Of a stretch of DNA of 63,771 nt, positions 27,636 through 42,700 are shown piece after piece (the first letter of the stretch is position 1; each line of letters starts with the position of its first letter). Below the pieces are notes generated by a model, which saw only the letters and a list, made by a program, of their open reading frames with translations, made no database searches and had not been told where the DNA came from. Source of the stretch: Schmidtea polychroa (Eukaryota); the NCBI GenBank assembly GCA_044892525.1, contig CM097886.1, forward strand, positions 177,680,312 through 177,744,082. The letters run 5' to 3'. The translations under genes were made by a program, and so were the position numbers.

Positions 27636-28121
27636 ATGACAGAATTCGCGAACCAAATGCAACAACTGCTCAAGTTTATCGATATAGAAAACGACTCCCT
27701 AACAACACTGACGCATAAAAGAGAAAAAATCAACGCGATATTACTACAAGCAATCGGACAAACACCAGTCGTACCTAATCATATGATATTAGCCACAGGC
27801 CTAAGTCGCCCAGATGGAAAAATAAACCCCGAAACCGTATATCAGTGGTATCAAGAGAGATTGAACCACCCAACATTAAATCTAGATTATCAGCGTCTAA
27901 AAGACTCACTAAATACAATACCAGATGCAATCGAACAAAAAATACAGGAAAAAGTTAACCAATTACGAACTTGTATAGCCTGCAAACTCCGTCCTATTCG
28001 CGTATTATTCTTACCGTGTGGACACCTCAGTCACTGTGAAGAGTGTGTAAAAGACCTAAAAAGATGCACGATGTGCAAATATGAAATAAAAGAGACCCAT
28101 ATGGTCTATTATGGCGAATGA
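27636..28121 (+). CDS. IAP-type RING protein (copy 2)
   Basis: Identical translation to 1424-1909. Confidence 0.85.
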   Translation: MTEFANQMQQLLKFIDIENDSLTTLTHKREKINAILLQAIGQTPVVPNHMILATGLSRPDGKINPETVYQWYQERLNHPTLNLDYQRLKDSLNTIPDAIEQKIQEKVNQLRTCIACKLRPIRVLFLPCGHLSHCEECVKDLKRCTMCKYEIKETHMVYYGE

Positions 28122-28717
28122 AACGGCCGGCGATGTAACAGCAAGTATACGATGTTTGAACAAGAATGCATGAAATTGTTGAAGTAACACGTACTGTTAA
28201 TGATTCAATCTTTATGTTTATGATAAATAAATTCGTCTTTAAAAAGTTTTGATGATTAGGACTAATAAAATTTGCATGACGAATGAATATTTGCGTGTTT
28301 GTTTTGTTTTATTCTTTTTCTTCGGAATCAAATGAAGAGAGGGTTGAATAACGTGGAATTAGTCCCAATATAGACTGCAGGGGTACAAACCGAGCCACCT
28401 TCGGGCGGTACGTCTTATTGCAAGAACCCGTTGGGAGGGGATAACTGATCAACCCAAGTAAGAAGCGTAGGGCGGGGTACCATCGCATATGATGAGAAGT
28501 TTTTGCGACATGACTGATCACCATGCCAATGTAGAAATGGATCATCGCGATCGTCGTGCGTTTTGAGCAAGGGGGGAAAGGGGAAACACTCCCAAGCGGT
28601 AAAGATTAAGTCGACAAATTAAAAGTAGACAGAGAAAATGGTAAACTAGAGTAAAAGAAGAAAAGAGAAATAGAAGCATGCAGAGCGAGGAATATTGAAG
28701 CCGAGCTGTCGAATAAT

Positions 28718-29436
28718 CCAGCCGGTCAAGGAGGAAGACTGAGCTGTTGAATAGTGCCAGCCAGTCGTAAGGTCGAGTTGTGAAAAGTCCAACCGATCAG
28801 GAAGGAGGAAGATTGAGCTGTTGAATAGTGCCAGCCAGTCGTAAGGTCGAGTTGTGAAAAGTCCAACCGATCAAGAAGGAGGAAGATTGAGCTGTTGAAT
28901 AGTGCCAGCCAGTCGTAAGATCGAGTTGTTGAATAGTCCAACCGATCAGAAGGAAGAAGATTGAGCTGTTGAATAGTGCCAGCCAGTCGTAAGGTCGGGT
29001 TGTGAAAAGTCCAACCGATCAAGAAGGAGGAAGATTGAGCTGTTGAATAGTGCCAGCCAGTCGTAAGGTCGAGTTGTGAAAAGTCCAACCGATCAAGAAG
29101 GAGGAAGATTGAGCTGTTGAATAGTGCCAGCCAGTCGTAAGATCGAGTTGTTGAATAGTCCAACCGATCAGAAGGAAGAAGATTGAGCTGTTGAATAGTG
29201 CCAGCCAGTCGTAAGGTCGGGTTGTGAAAAGTCCAACCGATCAGGAAGGAGGAAGATTGAGCTGTTGAATAGTGCCAGCCAGTCGTAAGGTCGAGTTGTG
29301 AAAAGTCCAACCGATCAGGAAGGAGGAAGATTGAGCTGTTGAATAGTGCCAGCCAGTCGTAAGATCGAGTTGTTGAATAGTCTAACCGATCAGAAGGAAG
29401 AAGATTGAGCTGTTGAATAGTGCCAGCCAGTCGTAA
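28718..29436. repeat. 74-bp tandem repeat (copy 2)
   Basis: Same array at +26212. Confidence 0.95.
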
Positions 29437-30745
29437 AGGCCTAGAAAAGCGAGAGATAGCAGTTAAGCTACAATGAGATAATATTTAAAATTACTAGTGA
29501 TACGGAATATTAAAGCTAGCTAGAACAAATTGAATGTAATTTTGAAAATTCGAGTTTAGAGAGGAAATAAACGAGCTCGTGGAAAAGAAAACAAGATTAT
29601 AAGGAAAAAGGAAAGGGAAGAAGGAAACGAATTAAAGAGATAATAGAAAATAAAGAATAGATGAAACAATGATAATGAGTAAAGAGGAAAGTAACTAACT
29701 AATTAAAGGGATCCCAGTGAAGTAGAGAAACTCTACGGAATTTTTTTTTTGGGTAAACCGGGAAAATGTATTTTTATCGGTTCCAGAGTAGAACCGAGTG
29801 GGATAATAGTAAATACGAAAAGTAAAACAGCGACAACAGCGCAAAGGAATAAGAAAACGAAGGGGGGTAATAAGCAGAGACCGACAACGACCTATTTTTA
29901 CTATAATTGATAACGAATAGATAATTATTACGACTTTATAGATAATTGTTACTACCCCATATAGATAATTTAAAATCGACGGAAAATACGGGCTGATGGG
30001 ATATTATAAACCGCAGACAGGATTTCACAAAAGATAGGGGAAGCACAAACAGAAACCTAAAAGGTGTCTGTTTTTGAATGTTGTAGAAAGAATGATGAAG
30101 TCGTGTAAGCAAATGCAACACGAGATCATTTTTTCATTTTAGATATCAAGCCAATCCAGCCAACCAAGACAATCCAGAACCTGCACAAAAGGAATTCGAA
30201 GAAAATCGACAATCAACCAAGGATAAATCCATTCAGAACCCGCACCGAGAGACACAGCAACCGGAAGACTCCAGAACGGAAGAAGTATTAGCAGCCATCT
30301 GCCAAGGATTAGTAAATCTCCTCAGGATCTCAGTAGCAGATTCATACAGAATATTTATCGAAGGAAACACAATCAGAACCGAACGCGTCCGATTCAATAG
30401 CCGCTAATTACCAAGAAGCGTAAGAAAGGAATCACGGATAAACCCAATCTTAGATCTTCTAGTAAGCCAGGAGACGTATTATTTTCAGGAGACGAATTAC
30501 AACAACTCAAAAGAGGACGATCCATTAAACATCAAAGAGGAATATCACAAGGATCCAGAAGAACCAATCAAGTACCCATATTTGACCAAGAAAATCTCGG
30601 ATATACCCCTAGTCGATCTCGAAGTAGAGAAAGTCTGTCCGATATCACTAATAGTTTAGCAACGTCAACCGAGGAATTATCAGCCCAAAGTTTAGTCACA
30701 TCGTTAGACAATTTAAAAGAAACAGACGAACCTAGAACACCAATC

Positions 30746-33700
30746 ATGACGAATGTCGTAAAAACCGACGAGTATAAAGAGAAGTTCAGAGGAGAACCGT
30801 TCAACGGAAATGCAAACAAGCTAGCAACGTTCATAACTAATTTTGAAGTTTATATCACTGTGTGTGGATGGACACCCGAAGCAATTAGTAAAAGGATGCC
30901 GTTGTTTTTGTGCGATAGTGCATTAGAGGTATATTTAGAAGCTAAAGAGAGAGACACGAAATTAGAAAAGTGGGAAGATATTAAAACATTCCTGAAGAAA
31001 ACCTTCGGAGCCAGTAAGCCAATCAACCAGGCGTTGGGCGAACTAGCAAATAGGAAACAAAGAGCAAACGAATCGATAACATTATATGCCAGTGAATTGC
31101 GGAGATTAGCAAAGAAAGCAATGAATGGAAAATTACCCGAAGAAAATCTGATCGGTTATTTCATAGAGGGATTACGCCGAGAAGAAGTAAGAGCCTCAGT
31201 AGGTTGTCAAATGTGCAAAACATTAGAGGAAGCCATAGATTGGGCTACAAGATGCGAGCTCCACCTTCCAGCTCAAATGAATATTATGCAAGAGGAGGGA
31301 AGGATAGCGACAGCAATAGCGAAAGCAGATAACGGAGATAACAACAATCAAGAACCGAAAATGAATCAATTTATACCAGGAGCGCACCAAATTTTCAAAC
31401 CACCACAAGGACGATCAAACGGGAATAATGGTAATCGTAACAACCCGAATAATGAGAACAATTTCAATAATCGGCGAAATATGAACGATAACAAGCAGTG
31501 CCGAACATGCGGTAAACCAGGACACTGGGACAGAGATTGTTATAGAAATTCAAATTGTAATCGTTGCGGACGGCGTGGACATACCGAAAATGTATGCCAA
31601 TTGCGAGGCTGTTTTAACTGTGGTCAGCCAGGTCACATCTCCAGAGATTGCCGAGAAAGGGGCCAACAACAACGACCACCACAGCGAAATAATAATTATG
31701 TAGCGAATCCGCAACGACAAAGTAACCCTAACGAAGGAAAACAAATGAACGTTATGCAGGAAATTTCGCAGATGAAACAGATGATGCAGCAAATGATGAG
31801 ACCAAGACAAGAATCAGCACCACAACAAACCCAGAATATACGTATGATGAGGAGTACCGAAAATCTCAACAATTATGAAGTGCATCAACATGTACAAGAA
31901 TGGCAAAGGCTACAGGCCGAGGAAGAGAGGATAAAACAAGAACGCAACCAACAACGACAAGAACAACCATTGCGAATAAATATGATGAGGTTAGTAAAAG
32001 ACATGAAGAGCCAGTATTGCTACAATTACGGGAAAAGCCCAAGGGTAGTACCCATGACTGAACCAGAAAAGGTAAAAGAAATAACAACGGAAATGAAAAC
32101 AGAGAATTCAACCACGATTTTAAAAGGAAACCAGAGAATTCAGAAAATATTCTGGAAAAAGATAAAGGATAAAATCGAAAAAGAACATAATAAAGCGAAA
32201 ACCGAGACAGAAGATGAAAATAACAAGAGCAAGGAACAAACCAGTCAACTAAACCACCGAATGCTACAAGAATCAGAATCGGAAGAAACAACAATATTCG
32301 AAAGAAAGAAACTAAAGAGAGTACCAAGGATGAGAAACTTGCAAATCAATATGATGAAAAGGACAAAAGATGTAGCATCATCAGACGAAGAAGAAGATTA
32401 TGTAAGTAGTTTGGGTGGAGAAATACTACAGCCGAATGAAATAAGCGAACCCCCAAAAGGGGAAATCAAAGAGGAAGAAAGCGGAAACGAGATAACCAGT
32501 GAAAGTGAAGACGAAGATATCGAAATAAAGTTGAGAAAAGCAAGGGAGGAAGCGATAAAACAGGTAGCCGAAATACTCCCAGTAGTAGTGAGGAACCAAG
32601 AGTTCATCGACGTAATATCATTCAGGCGATTCGTGCAAAAAGTGATGAAATTGGAAAGAAACGAGAAAGATCTAATACCAAACGAGGAAAAATCAATTAT
32701 AAAAAATTATATGGAAAAAATGAAGCAGGCCGATACCACGCGGTATGTAATAAAAATTGGAACGAGTAGAGGACTTGAAAGAATGTGGATAAAAAATACA
32801 GTCACCGACGAACTTTTCGATTGGATACGAGAACATTTGGGAAGTTCGAGAAAGAAAGAATATCTGTATCAATACCAAGGAGAACAGATCAAACCAGATA
32901 AGCACTTAGTAGATGCACTAATATGGCCAGGAGAAACGCAAATACTGAAGTTGCATAAAGAAAAACAACCAGCCAACCTTTACGATTGGGCTAAAGATGC
33001 CAAGGCAGAATATGATTTTAATATCAAATTGAAATTAGAACAAATAAAACAATGTACTCTGAGACGAAACCTGGATAAGCTGATCAAACAAATTCAAGAA
33101 CAAGTAGAAGACAACTGGGATTTACTCATCACCAGACGAGCCCCAGCCATGTACGAACTAATGAGCCGGTTGCGAGATACAGAAATGCTCCGAATGAGTG
33201 ATTGGAGAACCATAAATTTGATCCACAAATATGGAAGGTTAAAAGAAACCCAGCCACAGAGGTTGGAAATAACCATATGGTTACCGAACGAAGAAAAACG
33301 ACGAATAAAAATGAGCAATCAGAGTACAGTGGATGACTTGGTATCAAAAATAAACCAAGAGATAACGGAAAAGGTACGTAGCGAAAGTAGTGATGGTATG
33401 GTGGATGATGTAGTCATGATGTACGATAAGATAATATTACGAGCGGAGGACGACACCTCGTTAAGCGAAATGGGTATGTGGGACAATCATCAGATAATCA
33501 GGATAGTACCAATGGATGAATTCCGAACAAGAGATGTAACATATCAAAAAGAAATACGAGACCGGATGAAAACGTTATATCAAAAATCTACAGAAATAAT
33601 TGAAATCCACCAACAATGGTTAAAAGAAAAAGAGCTACAAGGAAAAATCACGAAATTAAATACCAGATCCTGCAGACGAACCCCATGGGAAAGAGTATGG

Positions 33701-36700
33701 AATGCAGAAAGTAAGGAATGGGAAATCCGGAAAGGAACCTTCGTAGAAACAGACATTGGTGAGACAGAAAGTGAATCGGAGGAAGAAGAAGAGGAACCTC
33801 CAGAATATGAAGAGGAAGCAAGGGAACAGACATCAGATGACGAAAGCGAGACGGATGTCACATCAGAAAGCGAAAATGAAGCGAGACATATTCATGCAAT
33901 GAGGAAAAAGGAACGTGAATATGCTGATATGGACGGCGAGGAAGCGGCGGAAGCAAGAGAACGAGAAGAGAAAGAAAGATATAAACAATTAGGCGATATT
34001 TTAGCAATGGGAGCGAAAAATCAAAAACGCCAGGTAGTAGCGTTGGCTAATATCATCTTAAAAACATCAGAGAATATCCACAATCTGAGAGGAATGGCAA
34101 AGGCAATAGAGGAATACCGGCAATATAATGAATGGTATCCAGAACAGCTAGAACAAATTATTCGAAAATGGAGAAATCAGGAATGGGCACAAGACACCCA
34201 GGAGAGGTATCACATCCGAATCAAGTATCCGGACAAGAGCATCGAGGAACTAGAGGTGCATCCAACAACAAAAATTAGAGAATTAAAAAAGAAATTAGCA
34301 TATGAAACTCCATTCCATCTGCAACTGTTCGGAAAATCACTAGACGATAATGCAGACGTCGGGATAACACCCATGAGATTGGAAGAGACAAATGTATTAA
34401 CAATGGCAGAAACGTTGGGAAAACCGTTAAAAAGGAAAAGTAAAATTACTAAACCAACAAAAGGCAGTTTGAGTACTCCAAGTCCGAACAAAGCACCAAG
34501 TAAATCTAATGAAACTGAAGAAGTTGAAGAGATAATCCTGGAAGATAGTGACGATGAACCAGGAGAAAGATCACCGCTATTAGTGAGATGGCCGACAGGA
34601 GCCGAAATGTGGACTAATAACCAGCCATCAACGAGTTATCAACAACCAACGAAACTGAACATCAAAGAAATCATCGACAATACTACGGAAACCGAAACGG
34701 ATGAACAATTCCAGAAGCAAAGAGAACCAACGAAAGTAACACCAGAAAGTCAAACCGACAAAATAATAGACGAATGGAATGAGTGGCTAAGAAATAACGA
34801 TAGCTCATTACCCAGAACGGATAACGAAAGAAATCCGAATTACGAAAATACCAGAGAAGCCGGAACGATGATGGAAAAACGGGCAAAAGGAAGACCTAAG
34901 AAACAAGGAGAAAAGTCTGAGTTAAAAACCAAAGAACAATTAAAGCAAGAACAAGGGCAAGTTCGATTAGAAAAATTGGATAAAATAGTATGGGATCTAA
35001 AGGAAGCCCAACCAACGATCGAAAGAGGAGAAAAATGGATACGAGAATTGTTAAAAGATATATTAATAATAACAAACCCACAACTTAGACGTTTGTGGCA
35101 ACGGAAAGTAGCCAGTACGGAAGCTAGACAATTATGGCACACCATTTCGGGGATAATCCCAAAGTTAATCAAAGAGAAAACGAAAACCACCAAAACGGAT
35201 TGGGATGAAACAAAGAGAGTGATTGAGCAGCTCACGACGAATGCAAATGATGACGAACATCACCTAGTGGTAATCACGTATTTGATGTATAATTTGATGG
35301 GACTAGCCGCGAGGAAAATACCAAATAAACAATTTGCAAATCATGTGGAAATGACCGTTTCAATCATAGAGAATACTATTGAACCACATATTATTCGTGC
35401 AGGAGGATGGAAAAGACTGATACAAGCGCCACGGAAAAATGAGCAAGAAAGATCGATGCAAGTTAGATTGAAAAAATTGTTAAATGAACTAGAATGGGAA
35501 CTACCGATGAAAGATCCCGCAAGCAGAAAAGCATCAATAAATTCGTTAATGATGACTATGATGATATGGATGTTGTGCACAAGTGGAGCAACAGGTTTTA
35601 CCATCTACGATTGTGATAATATGATAATGAGAGATAAATACTCATTGAGAGACATAGAAGAATGCAGACAAGCCTCACCCAACAAATTGGACATCGTGAG
35701 AACAAAAGTTACTTACCATGTATATCAAGAATCAGATTTCATCAGAACGCAAGCAAGGGAATGCGTAGTATCAAAAAAGGTACTCGCATATTACTGTGGA
35801 CAATATTCGTATTCGACTCTTATACTACCCGGTCTGGATAAGGAAATCGTATCAATACAACGAGAGGATTGTAAAGAGCTATTTAGAACCGGAGCGCTAA
35901 AAATGCATAACGGAGTGACAATTCACGGACAAACTGGAATGATTAAAACCGAAAGTGTTTACGTAGCCGGAAAAGTAAAATCATCAGATGGGTCATGTAA
36001 CGGAGGTACGTATACGATCCGAGGCGAGGTAATATCGGGAGTTGTAGTGATCGAGTCTTACACGGTCGAATTAAAAGAATACGAAGCGCAATTTGACGCA
36101 AATAATTACCAAATGAAGACCAACCCAGCGTGTAAAGCTACAGAAAACGTATGCAGGACAGGAGTATCAACTATAATCTATGAAGCTAATACCCAAAAAT
36201 GCCGACTCCAACTGTTAAAAAGTGCTTTGTTCAATGAAGTAAAAGGAGAAATATATGAGAACGAGAACGACGAGGATGGAAACGACAGAGTGAGAATGCG
36301 AAATGGAAAACCAATGCCACCATCTCCCAGAGAAAAGAGACTTTCAACGCAGAAGACACCAACAGCATTAATCACAGACGATCCAGATCTAGGTATGAGG
36401 TTTATCAAAGAGAAAGAAACCACCAAATGTGACAGTATAGTATATAAAACCAATTACGCAGGCATCTATATGTCGAGACAAATAATCGATAGAGCAGTGG
36501 GAAAGATAGCAACGGAGGACGTAAAACTATACTTATATGCAAATAATAAAATGGATTTTCTATTTCATCGTGGACAAACGACCTTGCAAAAAGTATATTA
36601 CGATCTGATACAAAACGATTGTTCATTGAATAAAGAAATATTGAAAACAAAGCTAGCTATTGCGATAACGCACCCAGATAACACGATGCCATCACTCCCA

Positions 36701-39700
36701 TTACCAGATGGACACTTTGGTAGAATGGTAGGAGAAGTGATGTACACATACCAGTGTACCAAGACGTATGCACGAATGCCAGAAAAATCCATACTACCCG
36801 AAAAGAGATGTGCAAATGAATTAGAAATCCGTTATAAAGGACAAAATCGATTCGTCCAACCAGTCACTAGAATTATGAATCCAGTGGGTTTCTACCCAAA
36901 TCTCTTTAACTGTTCTAATGCATACGGACCTTTATATGAAAGGCCCGATGGGAAATGGATGATGTTACCGGGAAAAACCATATCCGAGGAGCCCAAGAAA
37001 TTTGGATTAATAGAACTCGCCACAGAGCTGGATTTCAAACCTATAGACGTGTCAAACGGTGGTATGTATTCCCCAGAAGATCTAGAAACAGCACGACTTA
37101 ACGTACTCTTCCCAGCCAGACGAGAATCCATTTTGTCTAATATGGTTACAATAACTGGGGGCACAAATTATCAATCAGGCCCGAATTACGAGCTGCTATT
37201 ATCGCCAGACCATTTTCAACAAGCTACGTCAAACATGATGAAAGCAATGTGGGGAAGATTCTTAGTTTTTGGACAAATGATGGCCGGGATATTAGGGATC
37301 ATACTCATAATTCAGATAGTCAGAGTAATACTAACACAAATGTTAGCTTGTTTCGATATATACAAGCGGGAAAAGAAAGTTAACTGGAAAATGATAGTAG
37401 GTTTCTTACCATTTTTAGCTAAGACCATGGTATTACATGGCCACTCAAAAGACATCCATCGGATAAAGCGATTGATAAAAATATTAACAAAGATTAAAGG
37501 AACCGACGAAGAAGTAGGCAGACGATTCCGGAAAGTAATGTACGATGAAGCAACAAGACGACAATTGAAAAAGAATAAGCCAAAATTCTTGGACCGATTT
37601 AGAAGCCAATCATCTAACAGCGATAGTGACGACGATGATAACGGGAACGATAAATGTCTTTATCCAAACAGAAACCCAAACGAAAAACCAATGGAAACGG
37701 CACCATATTGGGAAAAGGAAAAGACAAACACCTGGATCGCCAATGGAAGCTATATACCACCGGATATCGTGGGACCACAAGCAGCTTTGACCATGACACA
37801 AAATATGTATCCGCAATTACCGAGCCAACCCGGTATGCATTATATGCCGACACGACGTACCAAAAGTGTAGATCAAGCAGATGACGTAAGAACAATCGCA
37901 GCAATGAGTCTGCCTGGAGGTCCAGCAGTAACAGTTATGATTCAAATCAATGGTAAAGAAACCAATGCTATGATAGACACAGGAGCTAATGTATCAGCGA
38001 TAGCGATTAATCAAATTCCCAGTAAACACTGGAAAGATATCGAATCAACAACAATTCACATCATAGCATGTAGTAAAGAAACAGTGGACGTGGTCGGAAG
38101 ATGGTGGACTACATTGAGATACCAGGACAACGAAATTGAAACGTATTTGGCAGTAATACCAAAACTTAGCGTACCATGCATAATCGGAACGGACCTGATG
38201 CCAGAATTATTAAAAGAAGTCGTAATAGACTTAACAACTATGTGTCTAAAAGACAAAACCGGTAGAATATGCAAAATGAATGCAGTAATCAGATGTCCAG
38301 AAAAAATAATAGTACCAGCGAAATCGCAGATGATTTGTCAGATAAAAGTGGATACGGGTATGGAAGGAGAAGTTATCTTTGAACCAAGCAAGTCATTCGA
38401 AAAGCGACGAGAATTACCACTCGCAAGAGAAATAATCACCATAAACCAAGAAGGAGTGATACCGCTCAACATCACGAATTTCGAAGAGGAAGACAAAATC
38501 ATTTATGAGAACGAAAAATTGGGAAGATTGACCCCAATGATGGACATAGAATTACCGAAAGTGACCAACGAGATGATCAAAGATGATGAATTATGGACAA
38601 TAGATAGTATGTTGTTGACGAATAATGAAAAGAAAAAATTACACCGATTGTTGGTAGAATATAAAGATATATTCGCCATCTCAGACTTAGACTTGGGTAC
38701 ATGCGATGTTACCCTACATGCAATACCCCTCATAGATGAAACTCCAATTGCATTAAGACCATACAAGCTAGCAGAAATGCAAAAAGAAATAGCCGAAGCA
38801 GAAGTACAAAAGATGCTGGACGCAAAAGTAATCGAACCAAGTTGCTCACCTTGGCAATTCCCAGTGGTCATGGTGAAAAAGAAGGATGGCTCCCAACGAT
38901 TCTGTATCGATTATCGGAAGTTAAACGCAGTGACCAAGAGAGATACCTATCCATTGCCGGACATCAATGAGATGTTATTGATGTTGCAAGGGGCAGCATA
39001 TTTTACTTCTTTAGATCTAAAAAGTGGATACTGGCAGATTAAAGTCAAAGATGAGGACAAAGAGAAAACAGCTTTCACGTTGGGACGAGATCTATATCAA
39101 TTCAGGAAAATGCCATTTGGACTGACCAACGCACCAGCATCATTTCAACGGTGTATGAACTTTGTCACCCATGGAATCAAACAATGTATGGTATATATTG
39201 ATGATTTACTAATCTATTCAGCGACATTTGAACAACATCTGGAAGATATCCGAAACGTATTTATTAGATTAAGACAGTGGAAACTCAAACTCAAACCATC
39301 AAAATGCGATTGGGCAAAGGAAAAAGTCACGTTTTTAGGACACATAGTGTCAGCTAAAGGAAAGGAGCCAGATCCAAGAAACATTGAGAAAATAAAAACA
39401 TGTCCAGCACCGAAAACTGTCACCCAAGTTCAGGAATTTCTAGGATTATGCGGATACTATCGCAAATTTATCAAAAATTATGCAGGAATTGCAAAACCAA
39501 TCCAGGAATTAGTAAAGAAGGATATTTCGTTCATTTGGGAAAAAGAACAACAACAGGCGTTCGAAACGCTGAGAGATAAACTAATCGAAGCACCTATCCT
39601 CGTACACCCAGATTTTAAGAAGCCATTTCTATTGGCAACGGATGCAAGCGGGTACGCGGCAGGCGCGATTCTGGGACAATTAGACGATGAGGGAAAAGAG

Positions 39701-42700
39701 AGAGTAATCGGGTATTACAGTCGAACATTCAAAAAGCACGAAAAGAACTATTCGGTAACAGAACGAGAAGCATTGGCTATAATACAAGCTATCAAACACT
39801 TCCGATATTTACTATGGGGACATGAGATATGCATAACCACAGATCATCAACCATTAGTGTGGTTAGGGCAACATAAAGAAGCGTCCAGTAGACTGATGCG
39901 ATGGGCCATGCAATTGCAAGAATACTCCCCATTTATAAAATTCAAAGCGGGAAGAGCAAATGCCAACGCCGATTGTATGTCAAGATTTATTTTCCCAGAT
40001 TTGGTGGATTCCGAAATGCAACGCATATGCTTAATAGTAGCGGAAGATTTGGATTTCTGTCAATTACGAAAGGACCAACAAGAGGACGCGGAATTAAAAC
40101 AAATTATCGATTATGTAAAAACCGGAAAGACAGAGGTATATGCGAAAGACCAAAAATTAAAAGAACATATGGATAAACACCGACACCGATATATTATAGA
40201 GAAAGATTGGTTGCTGATAATGGATGGGGAAAAACGATTAATGTGTATACCGGAAAACCGACGAAAAGAGTTACTAACGCAATATCACGATGGGAGATTG
40301 GGAGGACATATGTCATCGAAAAAGACGTTAGCAAGAATGAAACAGAAATATTTTTGGCCTACGTTAACTGAAGATGTAACCGAATGGGTAAAAAATTGTC
40401 TAACTTGTGCAACCAGGAAGAATACTGGATCGAAATGGAAAGCACCTTTAACGCCAATGCCAGTACCAATAGAACCAATGACAATGATATCCATGGACGT
40501 AGTTGGTCCACTACCAGAGTCAGATAAAGGAAACGTTTACATTCTAGTGATCACAGACTTTCTTACGAAATTTCCAGAAGCATTCGCGATGCCAGACCAA
40601 AAAGCTAAAACAATCGCAAAAATTTTGGTAGAAGAGATATGTTGCCGATATGGAACACCAAAACAAATCTTAACCGATCAGGGAACTAATTTTATGAGTG
40701 AGATAATGAGCGAAGTAACAAATTACTTCAAAATAGCAAAACTAAGAACATCTCCATACCACCCTCAAACCAATGGGATGACGGAAAGATTTAATGGAAC
40801 ACTTACACAAATGTTATCAAACTACGTTGACCGTCACCAACGAGATTGGGACGAATATATAAACCTATGTCTTATGGCGTACAGAATGTCGATTCACGCA
40901 TCAACGAAAATGAGCCCATTCAAATTAATGTACGGAAGAGAATGTAACATGCCAATGGACCTGGAATACCAACCACCGATATCGCAGTATATGGAGATCG
41001 ATGATTATGTTACGAAATTCAAGGAAAGAATGCAAGAAATTTGGGAAACTGCGGGATTAAATATCAAGTTCTACCAGGAAAGTTATAAAGATTTACACGA
41101 TCGAAAGAAAAACGTGAAGCAACATACGTTCCAAACAGGTGATTGGGTAATGATAGAAACCCCGGAATTAATTCCAGGAACCACAAAAAAGTTACAACGC
41201 AACGGAAAAGGACCATATGAGATCTTATTCGTAGGCGAAACTAATGTAAGAGTGAAATTGGTAAATAACCCCTTTACCAGACCAATATACGTAAACGTGG
41301 CACGATGCAAATCAATTCCAAAAACAGCCACTAGTCAACCAGAAGGCCGTACATTAACCACACGTTCGCAAACCTACCGAATGAACATGATGCAACAACT
41401 CGCAGAACCGATCACTGGACGATTAGGTATCCAACCATCAGAAGCGGAAAAGATTGTAAAAGAGGTAAAAATTAAAATACCTGGATGGGCAAAAGATCGA
41501 TTAGATTTCGAAATATTAGGAGGATTATTGACGATGATCGAGAACTATGCAAATAGAGAAAGGACACACCCATTATTGCGAGTAGTCAAAAGCCAATGGC
41601 CAATATTATTTACAATAACAGATCATTACGGAGACACACCATTACACAAACTCATGAAAGTAGGTAACAACGAGCAAATACTAGAAACAATAGAAGCATT
41701 TCACGACTGCAAGCGATCAACAGAACAAACAAACAACCAAGGTTACACACCATTAATGATAGCCGCAAACAAAGGCAAAACAAAAGACATTATAACCGCA
41801 TTACTCGATACCGGATCGAAAATAACTACACAAGACCACGAGCGGAAAAACGCTCTACATCATGCTATCGAAGGGAGAAGTACCGAGGCGTTCACGTCAT
41901 TGATGGAACTACTATCATATGAGGACAATCGGGAAGTCGGAAACATGTATGATGGATTGTTAACAGCGATCAAAGAAAAACTGACGACAATTACCGGAAT
42001 ATTAATTACATGGAGAAATCCAATTCGAAACGATTATATGATCAACGTAAACGAAGCGTTCACGAGAGGAGAGAACACGCTGATGAGAGAAGCTATGAAA
42101 GGACATCAGTTATTCGAAATCCCGAATCAATTACTAGAACGAGGGATAAAATTCACAAATCATAAAGACGAACAGTTAGCAAAAAAGCGAATCGACACAT
42201 TCGAAAAATCCCTATTCCAATTTACTAACCAAGTACGAAATAAATATTGGGAAACGGTAAGTGTGTTATATATGATGGACACAATGAATAACATCCGCGA
42301 GAATTACCTGGATATTATCCAAATACTTACAGCAGAGGAACGAATCAATAATCCAAACGGAAAGAAAACGAAAATAAGGTATGAGAAATCCAGGGAATCA
42401 AAGTCAACAACGAACCAAACGGTCACAAACAACGTCATCGAAACCAAATCAATGAGTATAGATCAAGAGGCAATAATACGCAAAGCAAAAGAAGTGTTCT
42501 TTGAGGAAATGCTAGAGCTGCCAGACGAAATAATATTGTCAAAAATAATAAAAGCCGTACACACATACGCAAGAGATCAAACCACGGATTTAGATATCGG
42601 GAAAATCAAAACCTTCTTGCCTCGAGCATTTACGATGGTAACGAAGGATTCCAGAACACCCCTACAACAAGCAATACTAGCAGCGAAAGAAAATAGAGCA